From an uncultured Gemmatimonadales bacterium (GTDB taxonomy: Bacteria; Gemmatimonadota; Gemmatimonadetes; Longimicrobiales; RSA9), in contig CAVUKA010000005.1 in NCBI GenBank assembly GCA_963741945.1, positions 544,001 to 608,000 on the forward strand: a DNA stretch of 64,000 bases. Direction: 5' to 3'. Numbering within the stretch: position 1 is the first letter of the stretch; each line of letters starts with the position of its first letter. Below the pieces are notes generated by a model, which saw only the letters and a program-made list of their open reading frames with translations, was not told the DNA's origin and did no database searches. Positions 47,617 through 59,852 of this stretch are shown piece by piece. The position numbers and the translations under genes were made by a program.

Positions 47617-47799
47617 TCAGTAGCGGCGGCGGTTCGGGACGAACGCGAAGAGGAGCAGGATGGCGGCCACCGCCAGCAGCACGAGAACCGTCAGGTCGCC
47701 GCTCCGCGCCCAGTCGGCGATGTGACCGCCCACGCCCGCGAAGAAGACCACGACCGCGTGGACGCCCGTGCGTGCGACGGCCATGAACCGCTCGAGCAT
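47617..47799 (-). CDS. small membrane protein (60 aa)
   Basis: GGAG upstream; C-terminal TM followed by NRRRY; GC3 bias. Confidence 0.5.
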   Translation of the reverse strand: MLERFMAVARTGVHAVVVFFAGVGGHIADWARSGDLTVLVLLAVAAILLLFAFVPNRRRY

Positions 47800-47905
47800 C
47801 CTGTGACTCCGTGCCGGTGAACGGGGGAAGCGCCTGCCCTTTACTCCGTAACAGCGAACGCGCGCGCAGTCAATGATCCACGGCCTCGCGCCTCCCCCGC
47901 AAAAG

Positions 47906-47922
47906 TGTTCCATCCCGGCACA
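47906..47922. promoter_or_regulatory. candidate UAS site
   Basis: TGTTCCATCCCGGCACA, 102 bp before the sigma54 element at 48008. Confidence 0.6.
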
Positions 47923-48007
47923 AACTAGCCGCTTCCCTCCCCTGACACGGACGTCGACACCCTCGTAACTCCTTGGCGCCGCGGTAGTTGATGAGGGTGT
48001 GACCATG

Positions 48008-48023
48008 GGGCACATCGATTGCC
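48008..48023 (+). promoter_or_regulatory. sigma54 -24/-12 promoter
   Basis: GGGCAC-ATCGA-TTGCC, same form as the element at 22553. Confidence 0.65.
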
Positions 48024-48088
48024 CCCTCTCGGGCCCGGCCGCAGGAGCGTGGGCGGCCGCCACCGACCCCGGACAACCGAGAAGCTCG

Positions 48089-49642
48089 ATGATGACGCAG
48101 GGTGCAGCGCTGATGGAGCAGATGGACCCGCCGCGGCCGGGGCGCATGGTCTCGACGGGGATCGGCGCGCTGGACACTCGCCTGGGGACGCTGGTGCCCG
48201 GGCGCCACTACGCGGTCACGGGCGAGCCCGGCTCGGGGAAGACCACGGTGGCGCTGCACTTCATCGCCGCGGGCCTGGAGGCGGGCGAGCAGTGCGCCAT
48301 CGTGACCCAGGAATCGGCCGGGGACCTGCTGGCGCACGCGGACCACATCGGGTGCGAGCTCCGCTCTGCGCTGCGCGACGGGCGGCTGGTGCTGGTGCGG
48401 ATCCGGCCGGACTTCCCGCGCCGGTACGGCCGGCTCCGGAAGCCGGCGGCGGTGCGGGAAGAGCTCGGGGAGCTGCTGGCGGAGCGGGGCATGCTCCCGG
48501 ACCGGCTGGTCATCGACTCGGCGGCCCCGTTCCTCGATGGCTCCCGGGGCTCCGGCGAGCTGGTGGACGTTCTGGGTGACTTCCTGGACGATGCCCGCGG
48601 CACCACGTACCTGACGGTCCCGGGCGAGCCCGGCGGTGGGCGGGGTCGGTTCCACGACCGCGTGATCACTTCCGCGGCCGGCGTGTTCCACGTGAGCCGC
48701 TCGGGCGGGGAGCGCCGGGAGCTGTCGATCCGGAAGCTGCGCCAGAAAGCCCACCGCGCGGACCCGTTCCTGTTCGACATCCGGCCGGGCGTGGGCATCG
48801 TGGACGGGATCCGCAGCTGGGAGCCCGAAGCGCAGCCCGACGAAGCGCGGCAGCGGGTGCTGGTGCTGGATGAGCACGGCGTCATCCCCGGCCACTTCCT
48901 GGCGGCCCTCGGGGAGAGCTTCACCCTCGATCGGTTCGGCAGCCTGGAAACGGGGTTCAGCGACATCGTGGGCGGCGGCTACGGCGCGCTCGTCCTCGGG
49001 CTGGACCCGTACCACCCCAACCTCACGCTGGACCTGGCATACTCCCTCAGGAACTCCGGAAACGGCGCGCCGATCCTGTTCATCGCGCCGCGGGAAGGGC
49101 TGCGAGACAGCACGCGCGTGCGCGCGCTCAGGGCCGGCGCGGACGACTTCCTCACCGACGAGGCATCGCCAGTGGAAGTCCTCGAGCGCGTGGACGCCGC
49201 CACGGGGCGCGGGCCGCGGCGCGGATCGCCGGCCATCTCGCAGTCGCCGGTGCAGCCCGTGGACGCACGGGGGCGGCCGCGGCTCATGACGCCCGGGGAG
49301 CTCTCGAACGCCATCGAACGCGTCACTTCGGATCCGAGCCCGCCAATGTTCGCGCTGCTGGCGATCCGGCCGCGGGGCGGCCCCGGCGAGGCGTGGACGA
49401 TCCTGCAGGACCGCGTTCGCCTGAAGGACGGTGACCTGGTCGCGCTGCTCGACGACCGGAGCATCGCCGTCGTCCTGGCCCACGTGGACGCCGACACGGC
49501 GCTGGACCTCGCGGTGCGCCTGCGCGCAGGGAATCCGGGCGAGTACGAGCTGCTCACCTTCCCGGCCGACCGGGACGCCATTCACCACCGCTTCGGCGGG
49601 GAGCCGTCCCCCCGACCGCTCGCGATTCACGGGAGCCATTGA
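48089..49642 (+). CDS. KaiC/RAD55-like ATPase fused to degenerate REC and degenerate GGDEF-like domains
   Basis: STGIGALD, GEPGSGKT, RLVIDS, IRKLR; then RVLVLDE...ALRAGADDFL; then RVRLKDGDLVALLDDRSIAVVL. Confidence 0.8.
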   Translation: MMTQGAALMEQMDPPRPGRMVSTGIGALDTRLGTLVPGRHYAVTGEPGSGKTTVALHFIAAGLEAGEQCAIVTQESAGDLLAHADHIGCELRSALRDGRLVLVRIRPDFPRRYGRLRKPAAVREELGELLAERGMLPDRLVIDSAAPFLDGSRGSGELVDVLGDFLDDARGTTYLTVPGEPGGGRGRFHDRVITSAAGVFHVSRSGGERRELSIRKLRQKAHRADPFLFDIRPGVGIVDGIRSWEPEAQPDEARQRVLVLDEHGVIPGHFLAALGESFTLDRFGSLETGFSDIVGGGYGALVLGLDPYHPNLTLDLAYSLRNSGNGAPILFIAPREGLRDSTRVRALRAGADDFLTDEASPVEVLERVDAATGRGPRRGSPAISQSPVQPVDARGRPRLMTPGELSNAIERVTSDPSPPMFALLAIRPRGGPGEAWTILQDRVRLKDGDLVALLDDRSIAVVLAHVDADTALDLAVRLRAGNPGEYELLTFPADRDAIHHRFGGEPSPRPLAIHGSH

Positions 49643-49643
49643 C

Positions 49644-49964
49644 ATGACACCGGACCAGATCCTCGCGCTCGCCATCCTCGTCACCGTGCTCGCCATCGTC
49701 GCCATGATCGTGCTGGCGGCCGCCGGATACCTGGTCTTCCGGCTCCGGGCCGGCGCCGCCGATCGGGGCGCCGACAGCGATGCCGCAGAGGCCACACCGG
49801 GCAGGCCGTACTTCTTCGAGCGCATCGGGCTGCCGGAAGCGGATGGCCTGGCCGATTCCGTGCCCGGAGGCCGCGGGCGCACGGTAACGCCACCACGGGG
49901 AAAGGGATGGCCGGGTTGTCCCGTGATGGAACAAGACCCTTGTAACCCCGGGGACACCCGCTAG
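49644..49964 (+). CDS. small single-TM hypothetical protein
   Basis: Starts 1 nt after the previous stop; N-terminal TM; C-terminus overlaps the next promoter region. Confidence 0.55.
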   Translation: MTPDQILALAILVTVLAIVAMIVLAAAGYLVFRLRAGAADRGADSDAAEATPGRPYFFERIGLPEADGLADSVPGGRGRTVTPPRGKGWPGCPVMEQDPCNPGDTR

Positions 49965-49967
49965 ATT
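49917..49967 (+). promoter_or_regulatory. UAS-type site adjacent to a sigma70-like promoter of the kinase/regulator genes
   Basis: TGTCCCGTGATGGAACA (49917-49933), then TTGTAA (49940-49945)-N16-TAGATT (49962-49967). Confidence 0.5.
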
Positions 49968-50045
49968 GGCACCCTGACCGGCGCGCCAGTCCGGCGCGCG
50001 GACCTCCCGCGGACCACAGCCCTTCGCAACCGGAACGAGACGCGC

Positions 50046-51781
50046 GTGTCGCTGCGAGCGAAAATCCTGCTCCTCTTCTTCGGCTTCGCCCTGCTGCCGG
50101 TGCTGCTGCTCGGCGCGGGCGACTACCTGCAGTCGGTGGACGCGCTGCGCGCGGTCATCGAGGCGCGCGGCGAAGCGCTGGCCACGCAGGCCGCCGGGGA
50201 GCTGGAGCGGGAGTACGCGGACGCCACGTCCAGCCTCCGCTCCGTGGCGGAGCGCGTGGCGCTCCAGCAGGCCCGCGGATCCGCGATCGCGCTCGACGGG
50301 CCGCCGCCCGCCCCGTTCTCCTCCATCATCCTCGAGCTGCCCGGCCGCAAGGCGCGCGTCCTCTTCGAGGGCGGCGGTTCGGTGGGCATCGACAGCGGCT
50401 GTCCGGCGGAGCCGCGGGAGCTGCGGATCGCGGTGGCGCTGCCGGGCGCCGCGGCCGGCGCCCGGCTGGAGGGTGTTGTCGCCATGTCCAGGCTCCTCGG
50501 CGGGGCGCCCTCGCTGGCCGCGCACGTGGGGCAGCTGGGATTCAGCCGCCTGGTCGAGCGCAGCTCGGGACGGCCGCTGTACACGTCCGACTGCGCGCGG
50601 GTGGAGGGGCTGCCGTGGCCGCCGTTCGTGCCGGGCGCCCTCGATCCGCTGGTGGAGCGGCGCACGGTGGCGTACCATCGGCCGGGCGAGGGGACGTGGC
50701 GCGCTTCCGCCGCGGTGGCGCCCGGTCCCGGCTGGCTCGTCACCGTGCATTCCAGCGACGAGGAGTTCGTCGGCCCCTTCCGCCAGAGCCGCATGTTCTA
50801 CATCGGGCTCGCGCTCCTGGTCCTGTCCGCCGCCGCGCTCTTCTTTTCCGTCCTGGCCCAGAACTCGTTCCGCTCCCTCGGCGCCCTGGCGGCCGCGGCC
50901 GATGCCGTCCGCCTCGGCAACCTGAACCCGTGGCTCCCGCCCCCGGGGGACGACGAGGTCGGCCGGCTCACGCTGGCCTTCCGCAAGATGATGGACCGGC
51001 TCGATGACTCGATCCGGCAGAGCGAGCTGAACCAGAAGATGGCGGCCGTGGGGGAGCTGGCCTCGTACCTGTCGCACGAGATCCGCAACCCGCTCAGCTC
51101 GATCCGCCTCTCGCTCCAGAGCCTCCGCCGCTCCCTCGACCGCGGCCGCCTCCCCGAAGACGCGCCCCGCATCCTCGAGATCGCGCTCAGCGAGGTGAAC
51201 CGCCTCGATGGCGTGGTGCGCACGGTCCTCGAGATGGGGCGCCCGGCCGGCCGCGGACGCGCGGGCGCCTGCTCGGTCCACGACAATCTTGGCGAAGCGC
51301 TCCAGGTGCTGGGGCCCAAGATGACCGCCCGCGGCGTCGACGTTCAGCTCGCCCGCGGCGCCGAGCCCGACCGCGTCTTCTGCGATCCCGAGTCGCTCCG
51401 GGGCGTCTGGATCAACCTGCTGGTGAACGCGCTGGACGCGCTCCAGGACCGGCCGGAGCCGCGCGTCCGCATCAGCACGTGGACCGATTCCGGGAACGGA
51501 GAGGTCGTGGTCCGGATGGCCGACAACGGCCCCGGCGTTCCCCCAGGCCTCGCCCGCTCCATCTTCGAGCCGTTCTTCACCACCAAGCCGCGCGGCAACG
51601 GCATCGGCCTCTCCATGGCCGTTCGCGTCCTGCAGCGCTTCGGCGGCGGCATCGCCTGCGAGCCCGTCGCCGCCGGCACGGGCGCGGCGTTCGTCATCCG
51701 CCTCCAGCTCGCCGCCTCCGATGCCCCGGCCGCCGAGGGCGCCACGACCGAAGAAACCCCTGTACTCGCGGGAGCCCGTTG

Positions 51782-51782
<1 letters not shown>
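50046..51782 (+). CDS. membrane sensor histidine kinase (HAMP-HisKA-HATPase)
   Basis: Two TMs, DEVGRL (HAMP), SHEIRNPL, NLLVNALDA, DNGPG, FEPFFTTK, GIGL. Confidence 0.93.
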
Positions 51783-53157
<1,375 letters not shown>

Positions 53158-53161
<4 letters not shown>

Positions 53162-54954
53162 CACCCCGCTCTCCCGAACGCGCGCTGCTGCGCCGGCCAC
53201 CTGCGTGGCCATGGATGGTCACGACCGCCGGGATACTGATGACTGCCGCGGCGGCTCGCGGGCGCCGCTGGCCCGACCTCCTTCGGGGGCAGCTCTCCGA
53301 CCCCGACGGGTACATGCGCCTCGTCCGAGTGCGTGAGCTTGTCCGGTCTCCGCTGAGCTGGTATCACGCCGAGATCTGGCGGAGCAACGTGCCGTTCGGC
53401 GAAGCCATGCACTGGACGCGCCCCCTGGACGCGCTGCTCGCTCTCGTGGCGCTTCCCCTCGAGCCGGTGATCGGCGCCAGCGCCGTTCTGGTTGCGGGTC
53501 TGGTGGTGCCGCCGCTCCTGCTTCTGGCTAGCTGCGTGGCGGCTGCATGGATGGTACGGCCGCTCGTCCGCGACCTCCATCCCGCCATGACCGCGCTCTT
53601 CGTCCTCGGTCAGCCGCTGGTCGTGAGCTATGGCCTCCCCGGGCGCGCCGACCATCACCTCCTCATCCTTCTCCTGGCCGCGCTGGTGCTCGGCGCCGCG
53701 GTCCGCATCGCCGAGGGGCGGAACGCCATCGAGGCGGCGCGGTTCGGCGGGATCGCGGCCGCCCTGGGAATCTGGGTGAGCACCGAGGCGCTGTTCGCCT
53801 ACGGAATCGCCACCGTGCTGCTCGGACTGCCGTGGCTGACGGAATCGCGGGAGAGCCACTGGGCTCGCGTCAACGCCAGATTCCATGGATGGGCCGCGCT
53901 GGGGCTGGCGGCCGCCATCCTCCTGGAGCGTCCCTACACTCAGTGGCTGACCCTCAGTCTCGATCGGATCAGCGCGGTCCATCTCATCCTTGCCATGGGC
54001 CTTGTCCTCTTCTGGGCATTCGCCTCCGGCGTTCGGGCCCGGGGCGTTCGGCGCCGCGCGGCCCTCGCCGCAATGGGAGCGGCCATGCTCCTCACGACCC
54101 TCAGCGCCATGGCACCCGGTTTCGCGGCCGGCCCCTTCGCCCGCGTCGATCCGGGACTCCGCACACTATGGCTGAGCCACGTCCAGGAGTTCCTGCCGGT
54201 GCCGTGGAGTCCCGGGAGGGCGCTGGCCTATTTCGGCGCACCGCTCACGGCAATGGTCGGGTTGCCGCTGCTACTCCGGCCGGGCAGCGGGGGCAGGCGT
54301 GGAGTGGCCGTGCTGGCGTTCCCGCTCCTGCTCGCCTCCGTGATGGGCGTTGCACAGGTGCGATGGCTGCTGTACGCGCAGCTGATCGCGGCGGCCCTGC
54401 TGGCGGTGTACGTGTCCCGGGTCCGCGAACGGCTATCCGAAAGCCTTCCGCACCGCCTCCTGAAGGCGCTGGTGGTTGTCATAGCGGCCACCGCCTGGCT
54501 TGTGGGCGGGGGGGTGATCGACGCCTTCATCCACCCGGCTCCGCGCGTAGCCGACAGCGTTCCCGCATGCGGCGAGCGGGATGTGATCTCCGCCCTCCAG
54601 GGTGCTGGATTCAGCGGGCCACAGGTGGTGGCCGCCCACGTAGACTTCGGGCCCGCGATCCTGTTCCGAACCCGTGATGCCGTGGTCGCCGCCCCGTACC
54701 ACCGCAATTCGGGCACCCTCGCCGTCTACCAGGCGCTCAACGCGGTGGATCCGGAGCGCGCCAGAACCATCCTCCGGGCACGCCGGGTCGACCTCGTGGT
54801 CGTGTGCCCGGGCCACGACGAACCGTTCTTCCAAAAGCGGGTCCAGGGCGCGGAGACGCTTTTCGGGCATCTCGCCGCCGGGGATCCGCCTCCATGGCTG
54901 GCACCTCTCCCCCGTGGTTCCGGGGGTGCGGTCCTTTACCAGGTCCGGGAATGA
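53158..54954 (+). CDS. STT3/AglB-like GT-C glycosyltransferase
   Basis: DPDGYMR, HWTRPLD, GRADHH, VQE and HVDFG...APYH; about 13 TMs; TTG start overlaps the regulator's stop. Confidence 0.75.
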
Positions 54955-56935
54955 CGTCCAGCCGAACGCGCGCGGGGTTGACCTGGGCGTCCGCGGGCGC
55001 GGTCATGGTGCTGTGGGTGGTGGCGGCATCATACCAGCGATGGTCCCAGCTCTCGGCCGGATGGCTCCCCGGAACGGACGCGTACATGCGCCTCTTGCGC
55101 GTCCAGCGTCTGCTCGGGGGCGCCGGCTGGTTCGATGGGTCGATTCCGCGCAGCAACGTTCCCTACGGCGAGATGCTGCACTGGACCCGTCCCCTGGACG
55201 TGCTCATCGTCGCGGTCGCAATGGTCGTCAAGCCCTTCTCCCACGATCCACTGCTCACCACCGCTCTCGTCCTCCCGCCCGCGCTGATGATCGCGGCGGC
55301 CGTTGCGGCCGCCTGGATGGTCAGGCCCCTGTTGCAGGAGCTGTCGGCTCCGCTCGCGGCGATCTTATTCGTGGGCCAGCCCGTGGTCTTCGCCTACGGA
55401 TTCCCCGGTCGTGCCGATCACCATCACCTCATCCTGCTGGCTGCTCTCATTCTTTTCGGCGCCATGGTACGGCTGCTCATCCGCCCCAGCTACGACATGG
55501 CTGTCGTCGCCGGGCTGGCAGCCGGATTCGGAATGTGGGTCAGCGTCGAAGCGCTGCTCGCGTACGCCATCGTGACGGTGGTACTCGGACTTGCCTGGCT
55601 GAGGGGCGACACGCGGGCGTGGGCGCGGTCAACCTGCGCTTTCACGCCGCCGCCGCGCTGGTCGTGGCGGTCTCGATCATCGTGGAGCGGCCTCCGGCCC
55701 AATGGCTGGATGTCTTCCTGGACCGCGTCAGCGTGGTTCATCTCCTCGTCTGCCTCGGCCTCGTGGCCTTCTGGGCGCTCGTGGCCCCGCGGGTCGCGGA
55801 CGCTGGCGCGAGATCGAGGATGGCTGCGGCGGCGCTGTCCGGGGGTGCCATAGCCGCCCTCATTGCCGCTGTCGCACCGGCCTTCTTCCTCGGGCCGTAC
55901 GCGAGCCTCGATCCGGCCCTGGTGGCTGTCTGGCTCCCCGGCATCAGCGAAGTCCACCCGGAAACGCTGACGCCGCGCCGGATCCTGCTGCACCTGGGCG
56001 CACCCGCCGTGGCTCTCGCCGCAACCGCCGCGGCAGCGCTGCGGACGGCGAGCCACCGGCCCGCGCGAGCGGCGCTCCTGGTCCCCCTTTCGGTCACCCT
56101 GGTCCTCGGGATCTTTCAGTTCCGCTGGCTCCTGTATGCCGAAGCACTCGGGGCCGCGTTGCTGGCCGTCGCCATCTCCGACGCCTCCGTCACCCTGCGC
56201 GGCTCCCCTCTCCAGCCCTGGGTCCGTAGCACGCTGGCGGTGGCGGGCACGTTCGGATGGGTGGTGGTCGGAAGCCTGCCGTGGCCAACGGCCAACTCCG
56301 CACCCGAGTTCGCATCCACATCCGGCTGCTCCGATCAGCAGGCCGTCGCCGCGCTCGATGGCCTCGGCCCGAGCACCATCGCCACGTACGTCGATCTCGG
56401 GCCGGTGATCCTCTATCATACATCGCACGCGGTGCTGGCCGCCCCCTACCTCCACAATTCCGGCAACCGGGTGGTCATCGGGACACTGGACGCTCCGCTC
56501 GCCGAGGCCGACCCGGCCGAGCTCCGGGAGCGCGGCGTGAATTTGGTGCTGGTGTGCCCGGCCGGAAGGGACGCATACCTCGTGGCGGAGCGCGACGGGC
56601 GGGAGACCCTGTACGGCGCCCTCGTCCGGGGCCGCCATCCCGCCTGGCTCACACCCGTAGGAGATCCGGTTGAAAGTGCACCGGTTCGCCTCTACCGTCT
56701 GACGGGGAGCGCCGTCCCTGTTGCGCACCGCGGCTCTCGCGTGTCTCGCGCCGGAACAGAGTGGCCCGACGCCGCATCCGCCGCGAGGGCGAACAGTGGC
56801 GTATCCACGCGAATTCCGGCCGGTCGACGGCGTGCCAGAGGCGAGGAACGGCCCATGCCCTTTCGACGGGCATTTCGAGTCCACCCGGGCAACCCATGGC
56901 TGATCGCATCGTGGAAATCGGACACCCTCTCGTAA
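54951..56935 (+). CDS. STT3/AglB-like GT-C glycosyltransferase paralog; -1 frameshift at about 55628
   Basis: GTDAYMR, HWTRPLD, GRADHH, ISE, YVDLG; adding one G restores WARVNLRFH (paralog WARVNARFH); 3' end uncertain. Confidence 0.7.
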
Positions 56936-57669
56936 GCGTCATCCTCCCGGCGCGCGACGAAGCGGGCACCATCGCCGAGGTGGTGCGCCGGGTCGCGGCT
57001 TCCGTGGAGCGACGGGGCTGGAGCTACGAGATCGTGCTCGGAGACTCCGCGTCGTCGGATGACACCGTCGCCCGTGCCCTGGAAGCCGACCCCCGCCTGC
57101 GGGTCGTGCGCGCCGAACGCCCCGGAAAGGGATTCGCCCTCACACGGGCGTTCCTGCACGCACGCGGCCAGATCCTTGCCTTCATGGACAGCGACCTCGA
57201 CCTCGCCCCGGAAGACCTTCCCGCCCTCATCGACGCCGTTCTCGCCGGCGCCGCCTGCGCCGCCGGCGCCAAGACCGGCGCCGCCCTGGCGTCACGACCA
57301 TTCTTCCGTCGCATCGCGAGCAGGGCTGTGAACGTGGCCGCCCGCTTGGCGCTGCGCAGCGGCATCAGCGATCATCAGACCGGAATGAAGGCGTTCGATG
57401 GGGCGGCGCTCCGGGCCGTCCTCCCCGAAGTCATGGAAGCCGGGTGGCTCTGGGACACCGAAGTCCTATGGCGCCTCGGCCAGAGGGGTTCGGCCGTGGT
57501 CCAGGTTCCCGTGGGCCTCTCGGGAGCGCGGGACGGCGCCTTCCGGAGCTGGCCGGACAGGATCACAGGGCTCGCGCAGGTCTTGTCGCTGTACGCACGC
57601 CTCTCCCGCGAGCCGGCACGGAACCCCGCGCATGCCGATGCGGTAGCGTCGGGCCGATCCCGCAGGTAG
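56896..57669 (+). CDS. GT2 polyprenyl-phosphate glycosyltransferase
   Basis: SVILPARDE, PGKG, FMDSDL, DHQTGMK, WLWDTEVL. Confidence 0.88.
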   Translation: MADRIVEIGHPLVSVILPARDEAGTIAEVVRRVAASVERRGWSYEIVLGDSASSDDTVARALEADPRLRVVRAERPGKGFALTRAFLHARGQILAFMDSDLDLAPEDLPALIDAVLAGAACAAGAKTGAALASRPFFRRIASRAVNVAARLALRSGISDHQTGMKAFDGAALRAVLPEVMEAGWLWDTEVLWRLGQRGSAVVQVPVGLSGARDGAFRSWPDRITGLAQVLSLYARLSREPARNPAHADAVASGRSRR

Positions 57670-57671
57670 GA

Positions 57672-59852
57672 ATGCCGCCCCGGGCGGACCGTTCGGACTC
57701 GCGTCCCGCAGGTGCCGTCCCGTCTTCGCGCCCGGCACACGGGTCGTTGATCGGCATTTCCCTCCTCTTCGCCCTCGTTGCGGTGGCGTACGGCACCGGA
57801 GTCCGGCCACTTCTGCACCCCGGACCTCCAGTGTTCGGCGATCTCGGCGGCCATATGGTGCCGATCCGTGAGGGAGTGGAAGCGCTCCGCCAGGGTCACC
57901 TCCGGGGATGGTCCTACAGCTGGTTCGGCGGATTCCCCCGATTCTACTTCTATTTCCCGCTGCCCTCCATCCTCGTGGCGGCGCTGTCGATGGTGCTGGG
58001 GCTCGGCCGGGCCGCGATGCTGGGCGTGCTCGTCGGGCCGCTGCTCCTGCCGCTCGCGGCCGCATCCCTGGTTACCGCATCGGGCGGCACACGGCGAGGC
58101 GCGATCCTGGTCGCAGCGGGATCGGCGGTCTTCCTCCTCTCCCGCTCGCTCGGGCTGGACGGGGGAACGCTCGAATCGGCCATCGTCGGTGAGTTCTCGT
58201 ACGGCATCGCCATGCCTCTCGCGCTCTTCTACCTGGCGTCGCTCCCCGAGCTGCTGCGCGGACGCCGCCTCACCCGGTTCGCGCTCTCGGCCGTGCTGCT
58301 CGCGCTCACGGCCCTTTCGCACGTCCTCGTGACCGCCGTCGCCATCGTGGCTTCCCTAGCCCTGCTCCGGCGCCGGCGGGACCTGATGACCGCGGCCGCC
58401 ACCTGGGTCTTCGCCTTCCTCCTCACCGCCTGGTGGAGCGTGCCTTTCCTGTGGTTCGCCGGCGAGATGGGGGATCTGGCCTGGAAACCGTTGTCGCCCG
58501 CGCAGCTTTCTGCCGCGTTGATCGAAGGAATCCCCCTCGGGGTCCTGGGCGTTCTCGCGTTCACGTGGCGAAGCCCGGCCCTTGGTGAACGGTTCTACCG
58601 CCTCGCAGCCGTGTTCGCGGTCCTGGCCCTCGTCCCTCTCCTGGTCCCTCACACCCCCTTCTACTCCGGGCGGCTCCTCCCCTTCGGGATGTGGGCAGCG
58701 TCCGCGCTCGCCGCTGTCGCCGCATGGCAGTGTCTCCAGGCTCTCGCGGCTCGCCGCCACCTCGTCCGCACGGGGATCGGGCTCCTGGCATTGGCGGCCG
58801 CCCTCGTCGTTGCGGTCCTCCGTCCCCCCCCACGCGGGCTCGCCGAAGCCAACTTCGGCGGCATGCGGGCGGCCGTCGACTACCGCGACTGGCTGTCCCT
58901 GCAACAGCGTGTCCAGCGGCTCCCCGCGGGAGCGGTTGCGGAGGCTTCGCTCTTCGAGCGCGACGCGGCGCGCCCGCGCTTCATCTCCGATGGCGGGCTT
59001 CTGCAACTGGAGCGGCTCACCGGCCACCGGACGGTCGGGGGGACGTGGCGGGAATCCAGCCCCAGAGGTTCATACGAGTTTCGCGCGCGCGGACACCTCC
59101 GCGCGGACACCTCCTCCATGACCACCGGGTTCCCGGCGCGCAGTCCGGATCGCGGCCTCGGGGTCCGGCAGGCCCGCCTGCTCGGGGCCCGCTTCCTGTT
59201 CGTCTCCGGATCCACCACCGCGCTCGATACCATCTCCTGGCCCAGTACCCGAGAGATCGCCCGGGACTCCACCTGGCGGTTGTTCGAGATCGCCGATGCG
59301 GCCATCGCGCGCACGCTCCGCCGCTTCACGCCCACCCCTGCAGACTCGTTCGCCCTGGCAGCCGCCCGCTGGTTCGAGGACGGGGGTCGGAGTGCTCTCC
59401 CCGTCCGGATCGACGCCGCCGAAGCGCCGACCACGGGGGGGCTGCCGGAGCCCGCGCGAATCGACGAGTCCGCCATCACCATGAGCCCGGAGGAAATCCT
59501 GATCCCGGGTGCGGTGCCCGGCCAGCCCCTGCTGGTTCGGCTGTCCTTCTTCCCGAACTGGAAGCTCGCAACGCCGGGACGCGGGCCCTACCGCGCCGCA
59601 CCCAACGACATGCTGATCATCCCCCGCTCCGAGACCATCCGCCTGGTCTGGCGCCCCGGCTGGCCCGAACGCGCCGGCCTTGCCGCGAGTGTCGGGTCTG
59701 CTCTCGTCCTGCTCCTCCTCCTCGGCACGGCCCTGGCCCGCCGTCGCCGCCGCCCACCCTCGCCGTCCTCCTCCCCGCTCCGCCCCCATGGAACGCTCGC
59801 CGCGGGCTCCCCCCGTCACGCGGTCGAAGACCCTGAGGAACTGTGCCTGTGA
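57672..59852 (+). CDS. PTPS-related/YfhO-like GT-C membrane protein
   Basis: GDLGGH, GWSYSWFGGFPRFYFYFPLP, GEFSY, ALSH, WWSVPF and SFFPNW motifs. Confidence 0.75.
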   Translation: MPPRADRSDSRPAGAVPSSRPAHGSLIGISLLFALVAVAYGTGVRPLLHPGPPVFGDLGGHMVPIREGVEALRQGHLRGWSYSWFGGFPRFYFYFPLPSILVAALSMVLGLGRAAMLGVLVGPLLLPLAAASLVTASGGTRRGAILVAAGSAVFLLSRSLGLDGGTLESAIVGEFSYGIAMPLALFYLASLPELLRGRRLTRFALSAVLLALTALSHVLVTAVAIVASLALLRRRRDLMTAAATWVFAFLLTAWWSVPFLWFAGEMGDLAWKPLSPAQLSAALIEGIPLGVLGVLAFTWRSPALGERFYRLAAVFAVLALVPLLVPHTPFYSGRLLPFGMWAASALAAVAAWQCLQALAARRHLVRTGIGLLALAAALVVAVLRPPPRGLAEANFGGMRAAVDYRDWLSLQQRVQRLPAGAVAEASLFERDAARPRFISDGGLLQLERLTGHRTVGGTWRESSPRGSYEFRARGHLRADTSSMTTGFPARSPDRGLGVRQARLLGARFLFVSGSTTALDTISWPSTREIARDSTWRLFEIADAAIARTLRRFTPTPADSFALAAARWFEDGGRSALPVRIDAAEAPTTGGLPEPARIDESAITMSPEEILIPGAVPGQPLLVRLSFFPNWKLATPGRGPYRAAPNDMLIIPRSETIRLVWRPGWPERAGLAASVGSALVLLLLLGTALARRRRRPPSPSSSPLRPHGTLAAGSPRHAVEDPEELCL

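Noticed and set aside
48089-48830. Circadian KaiC clock
   Set aside because: Single ATPase domain and no kaiA or kaiB in the window
49967-49982. TGGCAC as a sigma54 promoter for the kinase
   Set aside because: No GC at the -12 position
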